A DNA stretch of 63,181 bases, counting the filler, from Octopus bimaculoides (taxonomy: Eukaryota), in NCBI RefSeq assembly GCF_001194135.2. It is 6 parts of 6 records of this genome, joined end to end, with 100 filler letters (N's around TTAATTAATTAA, not from the genome) between each part and the next. Parts side by side here need not be neighbours in the genome. Positions count along the whole stretch, not along the records: positions 1 to 23,824 come from NC_068989.1; positions 23,925 to 34,676 come from NW_026369488.1; 4 more parts are not named here. One strand, given 5' to 3'. The notes under the pieces were generated by a model. That model had not been told where the DNA came from and did no database searches. It saw only the letters and a program-made list of their open reading frames with translations. The translations under genes were made by a program, and so were the position numbers. Shown piece by piece: positions 13,989 through 27,296 of the stretch; within the stretch, counting starts at the first letter, position 1, and each line of letters opens with the position of its first letter.

Positions 13989-14430
13989 ATGCAGGCGTGG
14001 CTTCCCGACCACATGGTTTTGAGTTCAGTCCCATTGCGTAGCACCTTGGGCGTGTCTTCTACTATAGCCTTGGGCCGACCAAAGCCTTGTCAGTAGATTT
14101 GGTAGATGGAAACTGAAAGAAGCCCGTCGTATATATATATATATATNNNNNNNNNNNNNNNNNNNNNNNNNNNNNNNNNNNNNNNNNNNNNNNNNNNNNN
14201 NNNNNNTATATATATTTATATATATGTATATGTTTGCATGTTTGTATTCGTCCCTCCCCACGATCGTTTGACGGCCGATGTTGGTATGTTTACGTCCCCA
14301 TAACATAGCGGTTCGGCAAAAGAGTCCGATAGAATAAGTACTAGGCTTACAAAGAATAAGTCCTAGGGTCGATTTGTTCCACTAAAGGCGGTGCTCCAGC
14401 ATGACCACAGTCAAATGACTGAACCGAGTA
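13989..14430 (+). mobile_element. SINE family A, near full length (small deletion in head, N gap in centre)
   Basis: Head, CORE-like CACCTTGGGCGTGTCTT and tail GGCGGTGCTCCAGCATGACCACAGTCAAATGACTGAA. Confidence 0.9.
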
Positions 14431-14654
14431 AAAGAAAATAGAATATATTTACACACACATATATACACACACATATATGTATATATGTGTATATATATGT
14501 GTGTGCATGTGTGTGTTTATGTATATGTATGTTTATATGTATTTATATATTCCTTATTCCAATTCTTATGGTAGTCATTGAACTATAACCATATTAGTGA
14601 AGTGTTTTCGTTGATTATACCTACCTTACTCCTTATTTCCGTCGGGTACTCGTA

Positions 14655-14870
14655 CAAAGTGGCACGGGCAAGTGGTTAAGGTGCTCGGCTCCCAATCGTT
14701 ATACCTCATGTTCATTTCTCACATCGGGTGACAGTTTGTGTTTCTTATTTCGTCCAGTTCGTCCCAGTTGTGCACGTCCAGTCAGAACTGCTGCAAAAGC
14801 TGGGTGATATAATCTTGCGACGGATTGGCTTCTGGTTGTGAGGAGTGACGTGTATTCTCAATCTAGATCC
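14655..14870 (+). mobile_element. Old SINE family B-like copy
   Basis: gtggcacgggcaagtggttaaggtgctcggct head-like sequence and cttgcgacggattggc resembling the B1 core. Confidence 0.4.
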
Positions 14871-15157
14871 AGGTATGGCTTAAAATACTACATTTATTGA
14901 AAGGCTAATTCAAACTTAGTGCCAGAAGACCGTTTTTTAAACGAAGCTGTTGTGTCGAATCCATAGACACAAAGACAGGGACATACGGCCTCATACGCTG
15001 GCACACACACACACAAACACACACACACACACACACATGTATTCTTTTATTTTTTTACTTGTTTCAGAGTGTCGCATCATATTTCTTCAGCCACCAAGTG
15101 TCGAAGTGCATCCATTGACTAAGTTTCCATACATGAATCTGATAACATCATAAATCT

Positions 15158-16023
15158 TTGTCTGATAACCTAGAATACATGCCCAAAAAAGTCGCACGAC
15201 TCTGCGGCAACGTATCATCAGATGAAAGGATGAGCCTATATGAGCAGAAGTCTATGCATGAATATGTTAGTAGAAAGCTCCGTGATGATAGTAACATCGA
15301 TCATCAAAACAGTTTATCAGTGACGAATAGCCGGATTACTACCTTCCAATTTGAAGGGCATGCGTTTGCAATCCAGGAACTGGAAATATCAACCAAGTAC
15401 CTGATACACAAAAGGGATAGAGATGCGAGAAAAAGCCGTAAAATGTGACAACCGATGCAGACTTTGTGGAGTTCACACTGAAGATATCACTCACATCATA
15501 AGCAGTTGTCCGAAAATGTCATCACGGTATTATCTACCAATGAGACATGATGTTATAGCTAGGACACTCGATAATGAAATCCGTCGGAAGGATAATCCCG
15601 AGGACAAAGAAATAAGATCTCACAGTATGGTAGAAGCCATAGCCACTCATAAGAAGAAAGAATACTGGTGGAATGAACCAGTGAAGACCCCAATAAACGT
15701 AAGCACAACAGATCTGATATAATGATTTGGGATAGAGAAGAGAAACTGCACAGTTGTGGAAATTATCTGCCCACTGGATGTTAACATAAAACTGAAGATC
15801 AGTAAAAAAGAGAGCCCCTCTGCTGAACTATCCATATTACAAGTTCAGGCTCATACCTGTAATTATTGGGGCCCTGGGATTTGTAACACACTGCTTAGAT
15901 ACCAATCTTGAGAAATAATGTTTCTCAAAACCAGAAAGGAGAAAGATAATTCGAAGACTACAGATCCAATCCATCACTGGAACTGTATAAATCTGTAAGA
16001 CTTTCCAGAAATTTATCATTTAA
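15158..16023 (+). pseudogene. R4/Dong-clade non-LTR retrotransposon C-terminus: CCHC knuckle plus restriction-like endonuclease
   Basis: CRLCGVHTEDITHIISSC...Y..RHDVIA; KHNRSDIMIW (PD motif site, 15701); VVEIICP..N...K; IPVIIGALG; IQSITGTV.ICKTF-stop. Frameshifts and a stop. Followed by a short UTR and (TACA)n. Confidence 0.85.
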
Positions 16024-16693
16024 ATATATATGAACATGTCTAGGTATGTAACTCTATACATGAGAATACATACATAAATACATACATACATACATACATA
16101 CATACTGATTCGTACATTACAAGTGCAATCTGTGAGTGGAACGATAAAAATATGCAAGACTTTTTTCAAGTTCTGAATTTGTCTGTGTTAATTACATCTC
16201 AAAGATGGAGCCTTGTATCTTTGTTGGAAACCGGCTCCCTCCTCAGTGGAAGATTTATCATAATTGAAAAATAGAAGAGACATACACACATACATTCACA
16301 CATACATACATACATACATACATACATACAAGCATGCATGCATGCATACATACATACATACATACATACGTACGTACATACATACATTTATACATACACA
16401 TACAATTATATATCATATTTTTACGGCATACATTTGAATGGAGTTATGAACCCATTATAGCATATTAGCCAGCTGTGAAAGAAATATAGAAAGCGTTTTA
16501 AGTATTTTATGGTATTTACTGATCAAAATATATTGGATAAGCATTAGTTTGCAAAATCAACTTCGTATAAAGTTGACCATAAAAAAATAAAAAATAAACT
16601 GAAAGAACGTTATTTACTTTAGATTCGATATAGATTATAAAGTGTGTGTGTGTGTGTGAATGCTGGCAATAAGAACATTACATCGAAATATAA

Positions 16694-17018
16694 ATACAAA
16701 TATTCTATAATTATAGACATGATTATAATCAGGGGTCAGCTAATTATTTCGCATCGCACCGAATTTAGAAATAGGAGTTAAATGCCTTTTTTACTACCAT
16801 AAAGATCTCCCAGATAGCAACACATCGATAAATTAAGTACCAGTTGCGTACTGGGGTACACATAATCAACTGGCTCTCCCCAAAAGTGGGTTACTGTCTG
16901 GGAGATCTTTACAGTAGTAGAAAAGGCATTTTAGCTCCTATTTCTAAATTCGGTGCGTAGCGAAACAATTAGGTGACTCCTGAAAATAATTATGTTTATA
17001 ATTATAGAATATTTGTAT
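16694..17018. mobile_element. Palindromic foldback/MITE-like element, arms of about 128 bp
   Basis: Arms 16694-16821 and 16890-17018 are reverse complements (roughly 85% by eye). The 68-nt loop is a SINE C fragment. Confidence 0.8.
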
Positions 17019-17262
17019 AATTTTACCTAAAAAGGTTATTTTAACGTACTGAACTACTTGGTAAAATTATTAATTATTCATTAATTAATTGATTAATTAA
17101 TTAGTTAATTAATTTTACCCTTTTATTATTAACGAAATATAGATAGATAGAAATTTATGAAAGTATAGCTGTGTTCATCTGTGTGAAAGTTGTGAAAGTT
17201 CTTTAGCATCTGAAACCCACTCAGGGAGAGTTGATATAAGGGAGATAATAATTTCTTGATGA

Positions 17263-17525
17263 CAGGCGGCGAGCTGCCAGAAATGTTAGAACGCCGGGTG
17301 TAATGCTTAGCGGTGTTTCGTCTGTCTTTTTGTTCTGAATTCAAATTCCGCCAAGGTCGACTTTGTCTTTCATCCGTTCGGAGTCGATAAATTAAATACC
17401 AGTTGCGTACTGGGGACGATCTAATCGACTGGCCCCCTCCCCCAAAATTTCGGGCCTTGTGCTTAGAGTAGAAAAGATTATTATTCTTCTCTCAAGGCAG
17501 CGATCTAGCAGAATCGTTAGCACCA
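17263..17525 (+). mobile_element. SINE family C full copy (17263-17485) plus truncated head (17494-17525)
   Basis: GGCGGCGAGCTG.CAGAA..GTTAG head with B-box GAATTCAAATTCC. Core AAGGTCGACTTTGTCTTTCATCCGTTCGGAGTCGATAAA resembles the Deu/Nin domain. (ATT)n tail. Confidence 0.85.
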
Positions 17526-18436
17526 TCTACTTCGGCATAATGTGTGGTCACAAGTCTATATCAAGAATATGTTGATTTTTCGAGGAGATGTATATATATT
17601 GCATTACCCAGATGAAACCTACTTGGAGAGTATCATAATATTAGCAATAAACATTATGCTAGAGTGGCTAAACTCCTTACGTATATATCACAAAGCGTCT
17701 AGAACTGTGATCGAGACCTGCTCCATTCGTTCTTTATCCTTTTCTTCCTCCCCCTCTCTCTCTTCGTCTCAACTTTTTCAGCATTCTGTACGTCTTAGTA
17801 AAATGTTTTCTTATCGAAATCGTATATCTTTAAAGTTATTTTTCAATGTGATAAGTAACTTATGATATTTTAAACAAACTAACCAAATACATAATATACT
17901 GGATAAAACCCCACAACTTATAATTTGATGAAGTATATCTTTACTGAGGTGAACATTTTAAAATCGGCCTTGCATTATCTTCACAATATTGCGGGATATA
18001 AACGAACTCTGTGTTTTTATGGCAATAAAAATATAAATACTATCAGCTGTTACATTTTAGCCTGGAACGAATGAACAGATACTATCGGTATTTCATAAAT
18101 CACAAGAGAACCGTTGAGCCGAAAGTGCTAATAAATCAAGGACTTCGAGATCGTTATAAGATCGAACCTTATTTTTTCTCACTGTTTTTCTTTTTTTTTC
18201 ATACGTAAAGAAAATAATCGATTAAATCGATCACCTGACTGATTCTGGATGCAAGCGTGGCCCAGTGACTAAAACACTCATTTTGTCATCAGAGGATCAA
18301 GGTTTGATTACATGTTGCAACATTTTATTAGAGATCCGGATCCAACTAAGCCTGTGTTTGAAATTGGATAGTCGAAAACTGTGAGGAAGCCCATAGAATG
18401 GATTTTACCAGTAATAAAAAAAATGCAGATTTTGTT

Positions 18437-18484
<48 letters not shown>

Positions 18485-18561
18485 GTCTGTGTGTACAAAT
18501 ATANNNNNNNNNNNNNNNNNNNNNNNNNNNNNNNNNNNNNNNNNNNNNNNNNNNNNNNNNN

Positions 18562-18614
<53 letters not shown>

Positions 18615-21438
18615 AAAAATATGTAACAATTATTCGATAAAACTCCGAGTTTCGGATGCTGAGGCGGAAACCCACGCCACCATCTCTTGTTATCTGGCCA
18701 TTGGCAATTGTCACATATTTTTACAGATAAATTCCTCTATTTAATATCGAGGTCTCTTTCTTTCTTTTGCTGTCCCTTCTATCAATATATATATACACAC
18801 AAACACAAACACACACACACACATACACACAGGCACACACACACACACACACACACATGTAGATAAATAGATGAAATAAATAGCTAGCTAGATATACATG
18901 TGTGGCGCGCTGAACTGGCCTGACGTACTCAATATGAAATGGAAGTGTGGCCTGTCGTCCAGTTGGCAGTAAACAGAAGGATAAAATCTTTAGTTAAGGA
19001 ATGACGAATGAAAGACGTGGAATGTAAATGAAATGTATAAACGGAAGTAAATAAATACATAGATAAATATGTGAAAGAATAAGCAGTTCTGGAAGAATTG
19101 GTAATGATTATTGCTGCGAGCATAACAGTCGAGGTCATCGTCATCATTGTCATCATCATCATCATCATCATTCACATCATCATCGTTGTCGTCCTTAGTA
19201 TCACGACCACGACTACAACAAGTGTCACCATACACACCAACACCAACACCAACACCAACACCAACATCACAAACACCACCCTGACCACCATCTTCCTCTG
19301 CCTCTTCCTCCTTCTCATCATCATCATCTCGGAAAGACTATTGGATCGCTAGATCCCGAATAACTGCTGCTTGTAAATGAAAGAGGTTAACGAATGTATT
19401 GTGCTGAGTAGACGAACCTCCTCTTCCTCCTCCACATCCTTCTTCTTCTTCTTCTTCTTCTTCTTCTTCTTCTTCTTCTTCTTCTTCTTCTTCTTCTTCT
19501 TCTTCTTCTTCTTCTTCTCCTTCTTCTTCTTCTCCTCCTTCTTCTCCTTCTTCTTCTTTTTCTTCTTCTTCTTCTTCTTCTTCTTNNNNNNNNNNNNNNN
19601 NNNNNNNNNNNNNNNNNNNNNNNNNNNNNNNNNNNNNNNNNNNNNNNNNNNNNNNNNNNNNNNNNNNNNNNNNNNNNNNNNNNNNNNNNNNNNNNNNNNN
19701 NNNNNNNNNNNNNNNNNNNNNNNNNNNNNNNNNNNNNNNNNNNNNNNNNNNNNNNNNNNNNNNNNNNNNNNNNNNNNNNNNNNNNNNNNNNNNNNNNNNN
19801 NNNNNNNNNNNNNNNNNNNNNNNNNNNNNNNNNNNNNNNNNNNNNNNNNNNNNNNNNNNNNNNNNNNNNNNNNNNNNNNNNNNNNNNNNNNNNNNNNNNN
19901 NNNNNNNNNNNNNNNNNNNNNNNNNNNNNNNNNNNNNNNNNNNNNNNNNNNNNNNNNNNNNNNNNNNNNNNNNNNNNNNNNNNNNNNNNNNNNNNNNNNN
20001 NNNNNNNNNNNNNNNNNNNNNNNNNNNNNNNNNNNNNNNNNNNNNNNNNNNNNNNNNNNNNNNNNNNNNNNNNNNNNNNNNNNNNNNNNNNNNNNNNNNN
20101 NNNCACCACTACCACCACCAGCACCAGCACCACCTGCCTCATTGAACCAGGAAAAAGAAAACAGAAGAAACAACTGCAATTCAACGTTAAGAGGGAAAGG
20201 GGTGGAGAGAGGGAGGGGTGGAGGGGGAAAAGATATTAAATAAAAATCCGTGGAATAAATTGAAATCGTTGAGGATTTTTCTCCGGTTAAAAATGTCGTA
20301 GAAATAAAAGTTTTCATGACTTTAAGTGTTCAATATTATTAAACATTTAAATGTAGGGAAACGTAAGTGGTTAAGTGGAAGTCGATAAAGAAGAGAATGA
20401 GCCAAGGAACGGATATTTGGAAATTTAGGGGGCTTACTGTAATTTTTATTTATTGCTGTCATCCTAATCTTCATGATCGTTAATTAGAAAGAATATTATT
20501 GGAATATTAAATCTGAAAACAATGCGAGGATTAAACAAAACTAAAATATAAGGGAGATAAATGAGCTTGATTAAAGCTTTACAGACACTTAACAAATCCT
20601 TAATCATCGTCGTGGGCGTCGTCATCATAGTTATCATCAGTGGCGTCCATGTCGTTATCCACATCGACTGTTACTACCACCATCACCATCAACGGCCCCT
20701 CCTTCTCCCCCTTCTAATGCTACACCTCCTCAGCCTTCTCCTCCTCAGCCTTCTCCTCCTCAGCCTTCTCCTCCTCAGCCTTCTCCTCCTCANNNNNNNN
20801 NNNNNNNNNNNNNNNNNNNNNNNNNNNNNNNNNNNNNNNNNNNNNNNNNNNNNNNNNNNNNNNNNNNNNNNNNNNNNNNNNNNNNNNNNNNNNNNNNNNN
20901 NNNNNNNNNNNNNNNNNNNNNNNNNNNNNNNNNNNNNNNNNNNNNNNNNNNNNNNNNNNNNNNNNNNNNNNNNNNNNNNNNNNNNNNNNNNNNNNNNNNN
21001 NNNNNNNNNNNNNNNNNNNNNNNNNNNNNNNNNNNNNNNNNNNNNNNNNNNNNNNNNNNNNNNNNNNNNNNNNNNNNNNNNNNNNNNNNNNNNNNNNNNN
21101 NNNNNNNNNNNNNNNNNNNNNNNNNNNNNNNNNNNNCCTCCTCCCCTTCCTCACCCTTATCTTCCTCCCCTCCCCTCCTCCTCTTCCAGTTTTCTTCTTC
21201 TTCTTCTTCTCCTCCTCCTCCTCCTCCTCCTACCCTTCTATTCCTCCTCCCCTCCTTCTCTTCCCCTCGTCATCAATATAGTTATAAACATTAGCGCCCT
21301 CCATCATCACCTCCATCTTCATTCTCCTCCTCCTCTTCCCCTTATCACCACCACCACCACCATCATCATCATCATCGTCGTCGTCATCATCATTTTCATC
21401 ATCATCATCATCATCATCATCACACAGTCGATAATTAC

Positions 21439-21510
21439 TTCCCCATTATATCTAGAAGAACTGATGTTAAAAAGTGACTCAAAATCTTCCATGCACAAGT
21501 CAAATCATGG
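21439..21510 (-). CDS. Putative 72-nt exon (phase 2-2, HDLTCAWKILSHFLTSVLLDIMG)
   Basis: T-rich acceptor ...ggtttcag|CCATG and donor GGAA|gtaatt. Open only in the phase required after the 38304 donor. Confidence 0.3.
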
Positions 21511-21637
21511 CTGAAACCAGTCCGTAAATATTAAACAAATCAAAACTTTAAAAAAAAAACTAAAAAATTAAAACAAGTCAACAACGTTATCGTAACATCC
21601 ATCTATAAACATCCCTACAATTTATTCATCATTAAAA

Positions 21638-22190
21638 GAGGTGAGCTGGCAGAATCGTTAGCACGCCGGACAAAATACTTAGTGGCATTTCGTCCGTTTT
21701 TACGTTCTGGGTTTAAATTCTGTCTAAATTAACTTTGCTCTTCATCTTTTTGGGACGATAGAGTAATTACCAGTTGAATACTGTGGGTTGATGGAATCAA
21801 CTTGTCTATTTCCGAAATTGCTGGCCTTGTGCGAAAATGTGAAATCAACATGGTCATCATTATTCTTTTCTACTTTAGGCACAAGGCCCGAAATTTTGGT
21901 GGGAGAGGGCCAGTCGATTAGATCGACCCCAGTACGCAACTGGTACTTAATTTATCGACCCTGAAAGGATGAAAGGCAAAGTCGACCTCGGCGGAATTTG
22001 AATTCAGAGCGTAAAGCCGGACGAAATACTGCTAAGCATTTCGCCCGACTCGCCGCCTTAAAAGGTAAGCGGCGAGCTGGCAGAATCGTTAGCGCGCCGG
22101 CGAAATGCTTAGTGGTATTTTGTCCGCCTTTACGATCTGAGTTCAAATTCGGCCGAGGTCGACTTTGCTTTTCATCCTCTGGGGTCAATA
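21638..22190. mobile_element. Three abutting SINE C copies in +/-/+ orientation (21638-21850, 21861-22057, 22069-22190)
   Basis: Each matches family C; spacers are about 10-11 nt. Confidence 0.9.
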
Positions 22191-22244
22191 CCTCAAAACG
22201 TTTTGGCTTTCTATCTAGAATGGAAACATATTATAAAAAGAAAA

Positions 22245-23049
22245 ATTGATGACGACGACTGCGAAGATACTGCTGATCATGATGCTAATAATGATGATGA
22301 CGATGACGATAATAAGGATGACAATGATGATGATGTTGATGATGATGATGATAAGGATGATGATGATGATGTTGATAAGAATGATTATGATGAGGATAAG
22401 GATGGTGATGATGTTAAGGATGGGGATGATGATGATGATGATAAGGATGATGATGATGATGATGTTAATAAGGATGATGGTGATGAGGTTGATGATGATG
22501 ATAAGGATGGCGACGACGACGACGATGACGACAATGATAAGGATGGGGATCATGATGATGATAATGTTGATGATGATGATGATGATGATGATGATCCTTG
22601 TCGTTAAGCTTATCCTTTAAGTATAATGAAGTCATTAACCTGTTTCAAATAATTAAAATCCAGCAATTATTTCGGTTCTAATGATTCAACCCTCTTCACC
22701 AGATGACGATGACAACGATGAAGACGACGACGACGACGATGATGGTAATGACGATGATGACAGTGAAGTTAATAACACAAATAATCACGAAATTTAGAAA
22801 TATCGATATATTTATTCACTTACTTCTACATAATCGTTCGTTCCTTCATATTTCCCAGATTTAAGCGTTACTTATTAATTTTTCTATTCGAAAACATTTT
22901 AGGCATTAAACTCCTATTCATTAAACGTACGTTATGATACGCTTTCAAAAATAAGAGCTCAGTATGTCTACATAACAATAAATGGTGTTGTTGCTGTTGC
23001 TGTTGATGGCGATGATGATGACGATGACTATGATGATGATGCTGATGAC

Positions 23050-23100
<51 letters not shown>

Positions 23101-23395
23101 AATGATGACGACGACCACGACCACGCCGATGATGATGAAAACTACGATGATGATGTTCATGATATCGATCATGTTATGTTAATGCTGATGATGATGATGA
23201 TGATATCGATCATGTTGATGACGACGACAGTGATGATGATGATGGTAATGATGATGTTGATAATGATGATGACGGTGACGACGATGGTGAAGATGATGAT
23301 GATGATGATGATAAGGACGACGATGACGATGATGAAGATTATGATGATGACCGTGATGGTGATGATGATGATGACGATGTTAACGATGCGGACGA
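22245..23395. repeat. Degenerate (GAT)n tracts (22245-22595, 22705-22760, 22990-23395)
   Basis: Directly visible; source of the poly-D/M/I ORFs. Confidence 0.9.
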
Positions 23396-23469
23396 TAATA
23401 GACATGTTACAAAGAAATTGGATGCCAACTTAGGACCAGCTGAAAGTTTTATTAATATATGTACTCTCC

Positions 23470-23645
23470 ACTTCTGTCTTTCATTTTTCGGTGGTGATGG
23501 AGAACTGCGGCCATACTGGGGCACCGTCTTGAAAGTTTTAGTTGAGCACATTGAGCCGAGTAGTAATTCTTGAAATCTGCTGTGTATCCCATCGCGTTCT
23601 TTTGCCAAATGGTGAAGTTGCTGGGACGCAAACACTAACATAAAG

Positions 23646-23650
<5 letters not shown>
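23470..23650 (-). mobile_element. SINE family A 3' part, diverged
   Basis: actgcggccatactggggcaccg...cttttgccaaatgg...gggacgcaaacac. Confidence 0.6.
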
Positions 23651-23716
<66 letters not shown>

Positions 23717-23824
23717 AACAAGGGGGAAAATGAGGGTAGCGACATCAAACTTCCCTTTTCACCAAATTCCACATATTAGAGAAGGCTCTCAATAATAACA
23801 GTGTAGCAAAACGGCGGTGCCCCA

Positions 23825-23924
23825 NNNNNNNNNNNNNNNNNNNNNNNNNNNNNNNNNNNNNNNNNNNNTTAATTAATTAANNNNNNNNNNNNNNNNNNNN
23901 NNNNNNNNNNNNNNNNNNNNNNNN
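23825..23924. other. Artificial scaffold join 44N-TTAATTAATTAA-44N (also 34677-34776, 42742-42841, 53517-53616, 55791-55890)
   Basis: Identical 100-bp structure five times; the 12-mer gives stops in all six frames. Confidence 0.95.
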
Positions 23925-23955
<31 letters not shown>

Positions 23956-24942
23956 ATAATAATAATACGAATAATGTGTGAGCATATGCACATGTATCAC
24001 ATCGTACATATATTTTGGACACGTGTGCATGTCTGCCTATCTCTCTCTTTATATATATATATATATATACATGTGTGTATATGTGCGTGTTTGTATAAGT
24101 ATCTATATATTTGTATATATATAAATATACATATAAATATATATTAATGCATGTATGTATATATTTATATGTGTGTGTATATATGTGTGTGCGTGTATAT
24201 ACGTATTTCCAGCAATATCTATCAGCCTATGTGCATATATACATCAACATACATGAATATATGCATGTATTTATGTATGTATGCATGACCGCAGCCACTT
24301 GACTGAAACACATAAATAAATAAATAAATAAATAAAAAATACAGCCAAATACAGTCACTCAGCAATTATTTCGTCCCGGGTTCATTTCCAGATGATTAAA
24401 CTCAGATAGAAGGAAACTGTACTGAATCCTATCGGATATATTGAAGTAGCAAATGAAAAATTGCTGCGTTGGGACACAGTATCATATGCTGATGACACCT
24501 GGGGTATAAACGTATTTGGAATATTCAGCCACATACAGAAGACAAAATAAAAATGTTATACCATCCGGTAGATAGATAGATAGATACATACCTACATAGA
24601 AGAGGCATTAGTACTTAGCGTGGGCATTATATACATAAATAATACACACATGTATGCACGAATGCATATGCGTGTACGTATATATGCATACGCGTAATTC
24701 TGAACGGGAATACGAGTGTATGACCCATAAAAGTTTGCGTGTGTTAATGTGGGCACAAACAAGTCTACACCAATGTATGTCAGTGGGTCAGTGTGTATAT
24801 ACGCCTCTCTCCCCCTCTCTCTGTCTCTCTCTATATATATGTATATATATGCGTGTAAATTGCGCCGTATATCCAATTGCATGTGTCCCCGTGTGTGGTG
24901 GTGGGATAGGGCAGGCGATACGGTTAATGGTTAAATTACTGC

Positions 24943-24998
<56 letters not shown>

Positions 24999-25438
24999 AT
25001 GTACGTATGTATGTATGTATGTATGTATGTGGGCGTTTAAGAACATGTACGTGTGTGTGTTTGAGAATGTTGGAATATGTACATGAATGTCAGGTCAAAA
25101 ATGAATATGTGGGAACATAATTTTGACCATGTGTGTGTGTGTGCGGGGGGGGGGGTAAAAGTAAAAAGAAAACAAAGAAAAAACATGAACGTAAACATAC
25201 TGAAAATACGAATATGACAATGAACTTTCGGAAAAGGTAAAATAGAAAACAGGCTGAAGGAGTATATGAGTCACGGAGCAGGCAATGGATGTATAACTCT
25301 ATATACACACGCACACATATATACACACACACAAATACACACACACGTATACACGCGCACATATATATACATACGTATTCAAGTATATATATGTATGTGA
25401 AAAGCTACATATATATATTCATACATACATAGATACAT

Positions 25439-25477
<39 letters not shown>

Positions 25478-25602
25478 CATACTCATATTTATTTATTTAT
25501 ATATACATTCTCATATTTATATATCTATAAATATATATTTATACATACTCATATTCATTTATTTATATATATACATACTCATTATTATCTCTCTCTCTCT
25601 CT

Positions 25603-25651
<49 letters not shown>

Positions 25652-26195
25652 TATGTGTGTGTATTTGTGTGTGCTGTGATAGATTATGTATATAAATATA
25701 TACACGTATAAGTAAATATATTTATATACCCATGCATAATGAGTATTTTTACATATATGTATGTTTTGTTTATGTTTTGTGTATACACACACAGAAAGAC
25801 ATCCACACACACACACACACACACACACCCACATATACATATGTAACCTGAAATAGAGGAAGAGGTTAAGAATAATTAGAAAATGTCTTCAATATGAGAT
25901 TAAACCAAATACATTCGTAAACAAGATACTTGCAGATATATATATATAATACTTATACACGCATGTATATACATATATATATATAATAATTGTACACACG
26001 TGTGTATTTGTGCATAGGCATGCAGACATTATGGTATCATTCGCATTGGCACAAGGCCACCAGGTTTAGCGGTAAGACCAAAGGGAATGCCTAAGTTCAC
26101 CTTGGGATAATGGGGTGTAACTGAATACGGCAACGGATTGGGGTCAACGTTTCACACGTCATAAATATGCGTGCCTGCCTGTGTGCGTGTGTGTA

Positions 26196-26246
<51 letters not shown>

Positions 26247-27130
26247 NNNNNNNNNNNNNNNNNNNNNNNNNNNNNNNNNNNNNNNNNNNNNNNNNNNNNN
26301 NNNNNNNNNNNNNNNNNNNNNNNNNNNNNNNNNNNNNNNNNNNNNNNNNNNNNNNNNNNNNNNNNNNNNNNNNNNNNNNNNNNNNNNNNNNNNNNNNNNN
26401 NNNNNNNNNNNNNNNNNNNNNNNNNNNNNNNNNNNNNNNNNNNNNNNNNNNNNNNNNNNNNNNNNNNNNNNNNNNNNNNNNNNNNNNNNNNNNNNNNNNN
26501 NNNNNNNNNNNNNNNNNNNNNNNNNNNNNNNNNNNNNNNNNNNNNNNNNNNNNNNNNNNNNNNNNNNNNNNNNNNNNNNNNNNNNNNNNNNNNNNNNNNN
26601 NNNNNNNNNNNNNNNNNNNNNNNNNNNNNNNNNNNNNNNNNNNNNNNNNNNNNNNNNNNNNNNNNNNNNNNNNNNNNNNNNNNNNNNNNNNNNNNNNNNN
26701 NNNNNNNNNNNNNNNNNNNNNNNNNNNNNNNNNNNNNNNNNNNNNNNNNNNNNNNNNNNNNNNNNNNNNNNNNNNNNNNNNNNNNNNNNNNNNNNNNNNN
26801 NNNNNNNNNNNNNNNNNNNNNNNNNNNNNNNNNNNNNNNNNNNNNNNNNNNNNNNNNNNNNNNNNNNNNNNNNNNNNNNNNNNNNNNNNNNNNNNNNNNN
26901 NNNNNNNNNNNNNNNNNNNNNNNNNNNNNNNNNNNNNNNNNNNNNNNNNNNNNNNNNNNNNNNNNNNNNNNNNNNNNNNNNNNNNNNNNNNNNNNNNNNN
27001 NNNNNNNNNNNNNNNNNNNNNNNNNNGCCACAAAAGATTAAAACAAGAAAAAATGGAAAGAGAACGAAAAACATAAAGGATATATATATATTTATGTGTG
27101 TGTGTGTGCATGTATGTATGCATGTATAGA

Positions 27131-27296
27131 GGCGCAGGAGTGACTGTGTGTTGAGAAGCTTGCTTCCCAACCACATGGTTCCGGGTTCAGTCCTACTGCG
27201 TGGCACCTTGGGCAAGTGTCTTCTGCTACAGCTTCAGGCCGAATAAAGCCTTGTGAGTGGATTTGGTAGACAGAAACTGAAAGAAGCCCGTCGTAT
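27131..27296 (+). mobile_element. SINE family A head
   Basis: GGCGCAGGAGTGACTGTGTG...GGTTCAGTCC...CACCTTGGGCAAGTGTCTT, then (TA/TG)n. Confidence 0.9.

Noticed and set aside
22203-22607. Asp-rich acidic protein ORF (biomineralisation-like)
   Set aside because: A degenerate GAT repeat open in several frames, starting inside SINE-adjacent sequence, with no signal peptide or splice support.
24489-24530. Hammerhead-like CTGATGA motif
   Set aside because: GAAA is replaced by TAAA, and stems I and III do not pair properly.
25559-25850. Very strong minus-strand acceptor at about 25850
   Set aside because: It leads straight into (TG)n/(TA)n microsatellite with no credible exon body.
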